Shown one piece after another: positions 15,846 through 24,205 of a stretch of DNA of 37,460 bases (within the stretch, counting starts at the first letter, position 1; every line of letters starts with the position of its first letter). The position numbers were made by a program, and so were the translations under genes. Origin of the DNA: Candidatus Woesearchaeota archaeon (GTDB lineage Archaea; Nanobdellota; Nanobdellia; Woesearchaeales; JAGWAF01); NCBI GenBank assembly GCA_016932755.1, contig JAFGCE010000057.1:1-37460 (forward strand), in the 5' to 3' direction. Under the pieces are notes generated by a model that saw only the letters and a program-made list of their open reading frames with translations, was not told where the DNA came from and ran no database searches.

Positions 15846-16421
15846 ATGAGAGTATTAACCAAAGAAGAAACAAAGATACAGGCTGGAAAACTAGGCGAGG
15901 AAATAATCGAGCGCGGAGCTGTTTTCATACATCCAACAGACACTATCTACGGATTGGGATGCGACGCAACTAATGACACAGCTGTAAAAAGGATAAGGGA
16001 CATAAAATCAAGATTCAAAAAGCCTTTCTCAGTAATAGCCCCATCCAAAGAATGGATAACAAAAAACTGCGTTGTTACAAAGGAAGCCAAAGAATGGATT
16101 GAAAAGCTCCCAGGACCGTACACACTGATAATGAAGCTGAAGAACAAAAAAGCTGTTTCAGAACACACTAATTTTGGTGTTGATACCATTGGAGTGAGGA
16201 TACCTGACCACTGGTTCAGCCATGTTGCTTCAGCGCTGGGTAAGCCTATTGTTACAACTTCTGCAAACAAAGTAGACCAGGATTTTATGACAACACTGGA
16301 TGATTTAAACCCAATCATAAAAGAGAGTGTTGATTTTATCATATATGAAGGGGAAAAGCGCGGAAGGCCTTCACAGCTTGTCCATCTTGACCAGGGAAAG
16401 GTCACAATCAAGAAGAGATAA
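15846..16421 (+). CDS. tsaC: L-threonylcarbamoyladenylate synthase, YrdC/Sua5 family (short form)
   Basis: FIHPTDTIYGLGCDATN, KPFSVI, IGVRIPDH, TTSAN motifs; SD-like GAGGGT upstream. Confidence 0.85.
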   Translation: MRVLTKEETKIQAGKLGEEIIERGAVFIHPTDTIYGLGCDATNDTAVKRIRDIKSRFKKPFSVIAPSKEWITKNCVVTKEAKEWIEKLPGPYTLIMKLKNKKAVSEHTNFGVDTIGVRIPDHWFSHVASALGKPIVTTSANKVDQDFMTTLDDLNPIIKESVDFIIYEGEKRGRPSQLVHLDQGKVTIKKR

Positions 16422-16463
16422 ACCCCAAACCTTTTTAAATAGCCTAATCCTATTTTCTGTAAA

Positions 16464-17066
16464 ATGAAGATACTTGCAGCTGGAGATATACACGGAGACA
16501 GCAGGCTTGCCGAGAGGCTTGCTGAAAGGGCTGAGAAGGAAAAAGTGGATTTGGTAGTTATATGCGGGGACATAACCCATTTTGAGTCAAGCACAGAAAA
16601 CCTCATGGGGCCTTTTGTAAAAAGGCACAAAAAAGTTCTTTTGGTTCCAGGCAACCATGAAAGCGTTGCCACAGTTGATTTCCTTGCGAAGTTCTACGGG
16701 CTGACAAACCTTCACGGATATTCTGTAAAGATAGGGGATGTCGGATTGTTCGGCGCAAGCGGCGTTAATCTTGGAATAAACCAGATGAGTGAAAAGGAAA
16801 TCTATGATTTGCTGAAAAAAGGGCATGATGATGTCAAGGATATGGAAAAAATAGTTATGGTTACTCATGTCCACCCTTCCGGCACAAAGATGGAGAAATT
16901 CACTGATTTTTTTCCGGGAAGCAAGAGCATAAGAAAAGCGATAGACAGCTTCCAGCCTGACATAATGCTCTGCTCACATGTCCACGAAGCTGAAGGCATT
17001 GAGGAAAAGATAGGCAAAACAAAAGTAGTCAATGTCGGAAAGAAAGGAAAAGTATTTGAGATTTAA
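16464..17066 (+). CDS. Calcineurin-like metallophosphoesterase
   Basis: GDIHGD, CGDITH, PGNHE, VTHVHP, CSHVHE motif series. Confidence 0.8.
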   Translation: MKILAAGDIHGDSRLAERLAERAEKEKVDLVVICGDITHFESSTENLMGPFVKRHKKVLLVPGNHESVATVDFLAKFYGLTNLHGYSVKIGDVGLFGASGVNLGINQMSEKEIYDLLKKGHDDVKDMEKIVMVTHVHPSGTKMEKFTDFFPGSKSIRKAIDSFQPDIMLCSHVHEAEGIEEKIGKTKVVNVGKKGKVFEI

Positions 17067-17166
17067 GACAACCGCCGAAAGTTGCGGGATATTTCTTTTT
17101 TAGCTCTTAGGGAAAAGCAGAATTAAGAAATTTTTATATACCCTTCTTATTAGAACATGTCTTAAA

Positions 17167-17607
17167 GTGGCAAGCTGGAAAAAAAGAATAAAAAAACATT
17201 TTACTGAGGTAATAAAGATAAAGAAATCGCCCCATTCTATAGCTTTGGGATTTGCTATTGGCACATTTATTTCAAACCTGCCGACTCCGGGGGTTAATAT
17301 CCTTCTCGGATTGCTAGTCTCGCTTTTATACACTAAAGTAAATAAATTATCCTTGTTTGGAGGAATATTGTTCTGGAACCCCCTTATAACCCCTTTTACA
17401 TACGGGCTAAGTTTTAAGATAGGCGACTTTCTTCTTGGAAACGCGGCTATAGTTGAATATACACCCAACCGCTTTGAGCAATTTTATAGTTTTTCATCAA
17501 GATTTTTATTAGGTGTTGTTATAGTTGCCTCTGTTTTGGCAGTAGCAAGTTATTTTATAGTATGGTCTTTAGCATATCTGTACCAGAAAAAAGATGGCAG
17601 ACGCTAA
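17167..17607 (+). CDS. DUF2062-like membrane protein
   Basis: IKKSPHSIALGFAIGTFISNLPTPGVN followed by hydrophobic segments. GTG start. 4-nt convergent overlap with the rtcB 3' end. Confidence 0.55.
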   Translation: MASWKKRIKKHFTEVIKIKKSPHSIALGFAIGTFISNLPTPGVNILLGLLVSLLYTKVNKLSLFGGILFWNPLITPFTYGLSFKIGDFLLGNAAIVEYTPNRFEQFYSFSSRFLLGVVIVASVLAVASYFIVWSLAYLYQKKDGRR

Positions 17608-19025
17608 CCCTTCATGACTTCTAAAGGAACAAGCCTTGCTACAGCTTTTCCTATTCCAACTCCGTCAGAAACCCTCACAACTTCGTCTATGTCCTTGTAA
17701 GCTTCAGGCATTTCCTCTGCAATTCCCTTCCATGAAGCGCCCTTTACTTCTATTCCTTTTGCAGCAAGCTCCTTTACAACCTGTTCTCCTCTTTTTGTCC
17801 TCAAAGCCTCGTGCCTTGACATGACTCTTCCTGCTCCGTGCGCTGTGCTTCCGAAAGAGATCTCTTCAGCTTTTGTAGTGCCGACCAAAACATAAGATGC
17901 TGTTCCCATGCTTCCTGGTATTAAAACAGGCTGCCCGACTTTCCTGTAAAATTCAGGAATCTCCTCCCTTCCAGGACCAAAGCTTCTTGTGGCTCCTTTC
18001 CTGTGTATGCACACTTTTTTCTGCTTTCCGTCAATCTTGTGCTTCTCAAACTTGGCGATATTATGGCAGACTCCGTAAACAAGGTCAACTCCCTCGTCGC
18101 TTCCGAAAACTTCCTTGAAAGCCTCCCTTGTCCAGTGCATAATCATCTGCCTGTTTGCAAAAGCAAAGTTAATTGCTGCGCACATTGCCTTGTAGTAATC
18201 CTGCCCCAAGTCTGAATTGATAGGGGCGTTAATCAGCTCCCTGTCAGGAAGATTCTCAAATCCGTACTTGTTCTCCATCTTCTGTATGTAATCAGAAGCA
18301 ACCTGATGCCCCAAGCCCCTGCTTCCTGTGTGAACCATGACAGTTACCTGCCCTTCTTTTGTTATCCCGAATGTTTTCGCAGTCTCTTTGTCAAAAATCT
18401 TGTCAACTTTCTGGATTTCCACAAAATGGTTTCCTGCCCCCAATGTCCCAAGCTGGGGCATGCCCCTTGCAATAGCCCTGTCAGAAACTTTTGAAGGGTC
18501 TGCATCCTTCATCATCCCGTTTTCCTCAATCCTTTCCAAATCCTGCTTTTTTCCGTAGCCGTTTGCAACAGCCCAGTGCGCGCCTTTTTTCAAAACTTCA
18601 AGCAAAACATCTTTTGAGACTTTTGTCAAGCCGCCTTTGCCTACGCCTGCAGGAACCCTCTTGAAAATCTCGTTCAGGAGCTCGCTCTTTTTTGCCTGGA
18701 AATCATTCACATTCATGCCTGTTTTCATCAGCCTTACGCCGCAGTTGATGTCATAGCCGACACCGCCTGGGGAGATTATTCCCTCATCAATGTCAAATGC
18801 TGCAACACCCCCTATGGGAAAGCCGTAGCCCTGATGCGCATCAGGCATTACATATGCCTGCTTCTGTATCCCTTTCAGGCAGGCAACATTTTTCAGCTGT
18901 TCCAGCGTCTTGTCCTGCTTTATCTGGCTAAGAAGCTTTTCAGAAGCATATACCACTGCAGGGACTTTCATGCCGCCCTGCTTTGGAATCTGCCATGTAA
19001 ATTCATTTATCTTCTTAAGCTCCAT
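17604..19025 (-). CDS. rtcB: RNA 3'-phosphate/tRNA-splicing ligase RtcB
   Basis: 473 aa with MPDAHQGYGFPIGGV, GYDINCGVR, LGAGNHFVE, HTGSRGLGHQV, HNIA and GSMG motifs. No intein. Confidence 0.95.
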   Translation of the reverse strand: MELKKINEFTWQIPKQGGMKVPAVVYASEKLLSQIKQDKTLEQLKNVACLKGIQKQAYVMPDAHQGYGFPIGGVAAFDIDEGIISPGGVGYDINCGVRLMKTGMNVNDFQAKKSELLNEIFKRVPAGVGKGGLTKVSKDVLLEVLKKGAHWAVANGYGKKQDLERIEENGMMKDADPSKVSDRAIARGMPQLGTLGAGNHFVEIQKVDKIFDKETAKTFGITKEGQVTVMVHTGSRGLGHQVASDYIQKMENKYGFENLPDRELINAPINSDLGQDYYKAMCAAINFAFANRQMIMHWTREAFKEVFGSDEGVDLVYGVCHNIAKFEKHKIDGKQKKVCIHRKGATRSFGPGREEIPEFYRKVGQPVLIPGSMGTASYVLVGTTKAEEISFGSTAHGAGRVMSRHEALRTKRGEQVVKELAAKGIEVKGASWKGIAEEMPEAYKDIDEVVRVSDGVGIGKAVARLVPLEVMKG

Positions 19026-19064
19026 ATCCAGAAAGATTGCTTAGTTACTTTAAATAGTTTTTGA

Positions 19065-19490
19065 CTAAATGTCAACAACAACCTGCACATACACCGGCTT
19101 TTCGCTTATTTTCATCTCGTTGTACGTCACTGCCTTAACAACAGGCCTGACTGAATATTCTTTCTTTATCCTGTCGCCGATGATTTCGGCAGAAAGCTTC
19201 AGCTTTTTTCCGGTTGTCCCTGTTATTTTTACAGGCCTGACAAATTCATGCGCAACAAACTGCTTTGAGTCCTGCAAAAAAAGAATCTCCTCCAGAAAAG
19301 CATAGAGAAGCTGTTCCATGTCTTTTCCGTGCACTTCTATCTTCTCTATCTTAAGCGCTGCAATCATTTCAGAATCATACATAAGGCTGACCATTGCATA
19401 AGCTGCATTAGCAAAAGCCTGCTCAAAGCTTTTTCCGTATGCCCTGAATTTTGCATCTGCTGTGTGTTCAAGAAATTCAAATTTTTCCAT
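19065..19490 (-). CDS. Archease (RtcB activator)
   Basis: N-terminus MEKFEFLEHTADAKFRAYGKSFEQAF is the archease signature; 141 aa; immediately upstream of rtcB. Confidence 0.9.
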   Translation of the reverse strand: MEKFEFLEHTADAKFRAYGKSFEQAFANAAYAMVSLMYDSEMIAALKIEKIEVHGKDMEQLLYAFLEEILFLQDSKQFVAHEFVRPVKITGTTGKKLKLSAEIIGDRIKKEYSVRPVVKAVTYNEMKISEKPVYVQVVVDI

Positions 19491-19491
19491 T

Positions 19492-19986
19492 TTAGTATTG
19501 TTTCAGCAGGCCTGGAATTGCTGCGCCGATTGTGCACGGCATTGAAACTGCTATTACAATCTTAAGTATGTCAAATCCGCCTGCAACTATATTGTTGATG
19601 TCATAGAGGTAAACAAGGCATAGCGGAATAAGGAGGGATACTCCATAGAACGTAAAAAATCTTTTCGCCCAAAACTGGCCAAAACGCCTTTTTCCTCTTT
19701 CAGTTGGCCCTATTCTTGTAAAGCCTACAAAATAAATCTCAAGAGTCAGGATGACAGCAGTAACCGCTACTATCAAAATTAGATGAATTTCCTTCAGGTT
19801 AAGGCTTATATCGATAAGCGAGCCCTTGAACAGGAAGATAAGCCCGAATGTAAGAGATGCAAAAACCGCATTTACAATATCCCTTTTTCCGAAATGGCTT
19901 GGCCTCTTCTCATAAATCTTGTCATAAAGAACTCCTATCTTATTCTCTATTTCCTCTACCTCTTTTTTTATTTTTGCATCTTCCAT
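19492..19986 (-). CDS. Hypothetical polytopic membrane protein (about 4 TM)
   Basis: Charged N-terminus followed by four hydrophobic segments. The start is moved from TTG 19992 to ATG 19986. Its stop lies 1 nt before the archease ATG. Confidence 0.55.
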   Translation of the reverse strand: MEDAKIKKEVEEIENKIGVLYDKIYEKRPSHFGKRDIVNAVFASLTFGLIFLFKGSLIDISLNLKEIHLILIVAVTAVILTLEIYFVGFTRIGPTERGKRRFGQFWAKRFFTFYGVSLLIPLCLVYLYDINNIVAGGFDILKIVIAVSMPCTIGAAIPGLLKQY

Positions 19987-19988
19987 TT

Positions 19989-20288
19989 TCAATAGTCAAT
20001 TATCTGTATCTGCGGCTTTTTTTCAGTCTCCTCCTTTTCTTTCCCGGATTCAGCTGCAGGTGATGATGAAGTATTTCCGAACATTCCAAAAAGCCCTCCT
20101 GAGACAGGCTCGGATTTTGCTGCTTCAGGCTCTGAAGGTTCTGAACTGCTCTCAAATATGTTGGGGTAATGAACCTTTTCAGGCCTGTTTGTGTAGATTT
20201 CTGAGTCTTCAACAATAGCAGAAAGCATTCTTATTGCTTTTCTTATCTCCTCTTTTGAATCCTCTTTTGTGTCTATTGTGAGTTTCAT
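19989..20288 (-). CDS. Hypothetical small acidic protein with a Ser/Pro/Glu-rich, probably disordered, C-terminal half
   Basis: 99-aa ORF whose stop lies 2 nt before the ATG of the membrane-protein gene. No recognizable domain. Confidence 0.45.
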   Translation of the reverse strand: MKLTIDTKEDSKEEIRKAIRMLSAIVEDSEIYTNRPEKVHYPNIFESSSEPSEPEAAKSEPVSGGLFGMFGNTSSSPAAESGKEKEETEKKPQIQIIDY

Positions 20289-20321
20289 CTAACTAATTCT
20301 GAGAAACAGACTATAAAAACT

Positions 20322-21125
20322 TTACTCAAAAAGCCTTTTATAGTTCATGTAGATGTTGTTTGCTGTGTCCTCTTCTGTAATTTTCTTTATTTCAGCTATT
20401 TTTTTTATTGTTTCAGCCACAAAAGCAGGCTCGTTTATTTTGCCAGGATAAGGGCTGAGGTATGGCGCGTCTGTTTCTGTCAATAGCTGGGAGATATTAA
20501 CCAGTTCAGCCATCATCTGGAAATGCTGAAGCCTTACAATGACAGGAGGAATTGAAAAGTTCCATCCGTTGCCTGCAGCCCTCTGTATCAGCTTCTTGTT
20601 TCCCCCAAAGCAATGAAGAAGTATTTTTTTCGGGCTTATTGATGAAGATTCAAGCATCTCAACGCAGTCAAGCTCTGCTTTTCTTGTGTGGACTATGATT
20701 GGCTTTTTGAGTTTCTCAACCAGCTCAATCACTTTCTGGAAAACATCTTTCATCTCTTCCTGCTTGTCCTTAATCCAGTGATAATCCAGCCCGCATTCGC
20801 CTATTGCAACGCACTTGTCCTTGTTTTTCTTTATAAATTCAAGAACATCCTCAACTTTTGTCTCTTCCACATCCCTTGCAAAGCCTGCAGTTTCATCCCC
20901 TTCAAGCTCTGCTGCCAATGCATCTATAGGATAAAGCCCGAAAGAAGGCTTGACAATATCATTATATTTTTCTGCAATATCAAGGATTATTTTGTTTGTT
21001 TTCAGGTTGACTCCTGAAGTTATTATTGCCTTGACTCCTGCTTTTCTCGCATTTTCAATTACCATGTCAAGGTTTCCCTTGAATTTTGCATGGTCCAGAT
21101 GGCAGTGAACATCAACTAGTATCAT
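20322..21125 (-). CDS. tatD: TatD-family metal-dependent hydrolase/nuclease
   Basis: VDVHCHLD, GECGLDYH, IVHTR, LHCF, ETDAPYL motifs. Confidence 0.9.
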   Translation of the reverse strand: MILVDVHCHLDHAKFKGNLDMVIENARKAGVKAIITSGVNLKTNKIILDIAEKYNDIVKPSFGLYPIDALAAELEGDETAGFARDVEETKVEDVLEFIKKNKDKCVAIGECGLDYHWIKDKQEEMKDVFQKVIELVEKLKKPIIVHTRKAELDCVEMLESSSISPKKILLHCFGGNKKLIQRAAGNGWNFSIPPVIVRLQHFQMMAELVNISQLLTETDAPYLSPYPGKINEPAFVAETIKKIAEIKKITEEDTANNIYMNYKRLFE

Positions 21126-21146
21126 AAGCTTAAGAGAAAACTAATA

Positions 21147-22478
21147 CTATTTATTATTTTTCAATTCTGGATGGGAATAGTCATAATTCTTTTTGCCTTC
21201 CATAAAAAGCTTTTCAAAAGTCATGTAATACGGAGTTTTCATCATCGCATTCATGAACCTTGACCTTATCTGCCTAATCGCTGCCATCTTTTTTGCAGGC
21301 TTAAGGGATAATATTGTTCCTATGAACTTTCTTAATATAGAATGAGTCAAAAGATCTGGATTATCAAACAGGTAATTCTGGACTTTTCCTGAGTCAATTG
21401 CCTCAAGAAGTATTCTTTCAAAACTATCTTTTGGGACAAATCTCCTTTTTTTCTTTTTTTCCAAAACCCTACTTTTTGTAGGGCAGAACCTTACGCATAC
21501 ACCGCAGCCGATGCACCTACTTGGGATAACACGAGCAAATTTTTTGCCGTTGTGCTCAACCATTTCTATTGCATTAACAGGACATTTTTCTGCGCAGACA
21601 CCGCAACCGATGCAATGCTGGTCGCTATGTTTTGAAACAAAGTTTGTGCTTATGTCTGCCCTATACCCGAATCTTTTGTATGCAAGCAGGGCTTCGCAGC
21701 AGCATCCGCAGCAGTTGCAGATAAAGTTAACCCCCTCCTGGACATTATCACCAAATTGAACCAGTCCAAGGCTAACACATTTATCAAGAATTTTCATTGC
21801 CTTTTTTTTGGTTATTTTTTTGGCAATCTTGTGCCTTGCAAGACTCTCAGCAATCTTGTTAAATGTCAGGCAGACTTCCTGGGGCATATCACACGCTTTG
21901 CCCATATGCTCCATTTTGTGCCTGCAGTAGCATGTCCCGACAGTTATGCAGCTTGCGTTTTCAATTACTTTTGTCGCTCTTTCATAATCAAGCACAATTG
22001 ATTCGTGCTTTGGCTGGACAGATTTTTCCTGGACAAAAACCCTGCCCAAAGAAGGGTCTTGAATAAACAATTTTCTTACAAAATCCTCTTCTACATTCAG
22101 GTATTGGTAGAATAATTCAGACAAAACTTTCCTGTTGAACTTTCCGTCTGTTCTCATCAATGAAAACTCAAAAAATCCAGCCATTGTCGGAGCAAGGAAA
22201 TAAGCCTGTGTCCTTCCGTTTCTAATATCCATCAAGATTCCCTTGTCAGCCAGCTTGTCAAGAATCTTTTTTGACTCTTTTTCCGGTTTTTTCCAAATCT
22301 TTGCAGCATCCTTTGCAGTAAAAAAATTCAATGGAAGCACAGAAGCAAGCTCAGCTTCTTTTTCTGTGAATAAAATTTCAAGAATTTTGAAAAGAGTTTC
22401 AGAAGGAGGTGCGCCTTGCGCAGCCCTGTCAAGCCTTTTTTGCAGGTTAAAATAACTTTTGGATGTTAAATGTGCCAT
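21147..22478 (-). CDS. Cys-rich Fe-S protein: N-terminal winged-helix-like region, CYCRH and CNCCGCCC motifs, 2x[4Fe-4S] ferredoxin domain
   Basis: CIGCGVCAEKCP and CIGCGVCVRFCP ferredoxin motifs, with extra Cys clusters TCYCRHKMEHMGKAC and FICNCCGCCCEA. Strong SD GAGGTGA 5 nt upstream of the ATG. Exact family not recognized. Confidence 0.7.
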   Translation of the reverse strand: MAHLTSKSYFNLQKRLDRAAQGAPPSETLFKILEILFTEKEAELASVLPLNFFTAKDAAKIWKKPEKESKKILDKLADKGILMDIRNGRTQAYFLAPTMAGFFEFSLMRTDGKFNRKVLSELFYQYLNVEEDFVRKLFIQDPSLGRVFVQEKSVQPKHESIVLDYERATKVIENASCITVGTCYCRHKMEHMGKACDMPQEVCLTFNKIAESLARHKIAKKITKKKAMKILDKCVSLGLVQFGDNVQEGVNFICNCCGCCCEALLAYKRFGYRADISTNFVSKHSDQHCIGCGVCAEKCPVNAIEMVEHNGKKFARVIPSRCIGCGVCVRFCPTKSRVLEKKKKRRFVPKDSFERILLEAIDSGKVQNYLFDNPDLLTHSILRKFIGTILSLKPAKKMAAIRQIRSRFMNAMMKTPYYMTFEKLFMEGKKNYDYSHPELKNNK

Positions 22479-22511
22479 AGATTCACCTCGTAAAGAAGTA
22501 AATCTAAAAGC

Positions 22512-23519
22512 TCAGGCTTTATTTTTAAATGTTTCCCTTGCAAACGTTGCAGCAACAAGCAGCGGAAAAACCAGTGTTGCGTCTGCAGTCACCTTGACAT
22601 GCATTGCTTCTGGCTTTATTTTTGCCCAGGTTATTGCCTCTTCAGTGTTTCCTCCAGAGTCAGAGCCGTCAAATGATTCTGCAGTGGTTATATAGACTGC
22701 ATAGTCAACTCCGTCCCGGAAAATGTTTGCATTAAGCACATAATGCTTTGAAACACCCCCTCCAAGGGCAATGATCGCAGAATATTCTGCTTCCTGCACC
22801 TGCTTGAGTATGATGTTTGTGTCCTGGGTTACGTCTATCGCAAAATCAGGATGGTTTCTTTTGAAAAAATAAACAAGGTCTCCGAATGAGCCGTCCATGA
22901 TTGCAGGGCATACCACAGGAATATTGTTTTTGTAAGCCCAGTAAAGAACGCTTTCCTCATTGTTTATTGATTTTCCTAGAATCCTTATTATTTCGGAAGA
23001 GCACAAAGGCCTTCCAATCTTTTTCTGCTCTGCATAGATTTCATCAAAAACTTCCTGCATGAACTTCTCAAAATAAGTGTACCTGTCCACAGGCACAAAT
23101 ATGTTGCCTATTCTTGCAACCCCGCTTTCAAACAGTGTCTTTCCCTTGACATCAAAAGCTCCGATGTAGAAAGGATTCAGGCTTTTGACAATATCCTCTT
23201 CAATGCCTCCTGCAGATGTAACCATGAAATGTATGTGCCTGTTTTTCACAAGGAATCTGACAGATTCCCTTAAGCCAGAGCTCATTATGTTTGATGTGCA
23301 GCTCAGGAATATGGCTGCCTTCTTCTTCCTCATCTCATTTACTATGCTGACAGCCCTTCCAAAGTTTGTTGCCTGGAACGCGGTTGTATTATATGAGTCT
23401 ATGAACTTATAAAAATCAAACTCTTTCTCAAAGCCATATCCCTTTACCTCTTCCAGATGGCTCAGGTCTATCTGTTTTGCAACATTGTACGGATAAACAT
23501 TATTTTTTTTTCTTAGCAT
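22512..23519 (-). CDS. dys: Deoxyhypusine synthase
   Basis: TSNIMSSGLRE, AGGIEEDI, GGGVSKH, DGSDSG motifs. The start is moved from 23555 to ATG 23519, which has GAGGT 8 nt upstream. Confidence 0.9.
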   Translation of the reverse strand: MLRKKNNVYPYNVAKQIDLSHLEEVKGYGFEKEFDFYKFIDSYNTTAFQATNFGRAVSIVNEMRKKKAAIFLSCTSNIMSSGLRESVRFLVKNRHIHFMVTSAGGIEEDIVKSLNPFYIGAFDVKGKTLFESGVARIGNIFVPVDRYTYFEKFMQEVFDEIYAEQKKIGRPLCSSEIIRILGKSINNEESVLYWAYKNNIPVVCPAIMDGSFGDLVYFFKRNHPDFAIDVTQDTNIILKQVQEAEYSAIIALGGGVSKHYVLNANIFRDGVDYAVYITTAESFDGSDSGGNTEEAITWAKIKPEAMHVKVTADATLVFPLLVAATFARETFKNKA

Positions 23520-23722
23520 TTTAGCAACCTCACAGTTTTGTATTTTGGGAAACAAAAAAATCAGCAGAGCGGTAAATATCCAAAAATCAGAAATCCTATG
23601 GTATCGGCATTCTTACTCCGCAAAACATATTTAAAAGGAACAGAAAGCCATATTTAAAGGTTTTGCATTTAAAACAGAAACTTTTATATACAACAGAGAA
23701 AACCTCCTGAGTGGTGATTTTA

Positions 23723-24133
23723 ATGACTATAATCGCAACAAATTTCACAAAAATAAGCGTTGAAAAATCAGGCGCTGTAAAAGGGAAAGTAAGCATCGCA
23801 AATAATGTTGTAATCAAGGATGTTGTTGTTACTGACATTGCAATAGGCGCATCAAAACAGAATGCTCTTAAGTTCAGTTTTGAGTTCACAGCAAAATACG
23901 AGCCTAAAATAGGCCAGATTGTGCTGAACGGAGACCTTATTTTCCTTGAAAAAGCTGACAAAATTAAAGAGATAGCTGAAAGCTGGAAAAAGAGCAAGAA
24001 TATCCCGAAGGAGGTAATGGCTCCTGTATTGAACAATGTTCTTACAAAGTGCAATGTTGAGGCATTAATCCTGAGCAGGGAAATAAACCTTCCTCCGCCA
24101 ATACAGCTTCCAAAAGTTAATGTCAAGAAATAA
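23723..24133 (+). CDS. Hypothetical protein, possibly with a SecB-like chaperone fold
   Basis: 136 aa. The start is moved to ATG 23723, preceded by GGTGAT. There is loose resemblance to SecB: beta-rich N-terminal two-thirds, and a C-terminal LTKCNVEALILSREINLPPPIQLPKVN versus E. coli SecB [29 protein letters not shown]. The function call is weak. Confidence 0.35.
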   Translation: MTIIATNFTKISVEKSGAVKGKVSIANNVVIKDVVVTDIAIGASKQNALKFSFEFTAKYEPKIGQIVLNGDLIFLEKADKIKEIAESWKKSKNIPKEVMAPVLNNVLTKCNVEALILSREINLPPPIQLPKVNVKK

Positions 24134-24205
24134 AGCAGTTTCTTTTTATTTATTGAATCACCATAAATTTTTTAAACTACTTATTATTCGTCTTATGCAG
24201 GTATA

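Noticed and set aside
15947-16672. 241-aa minus-strand ORF
   Set aside because: It spans two well-supported plus-strand genes (tsaC and the metallophosphoesterase) and their spacer, and has typical shadow composition.
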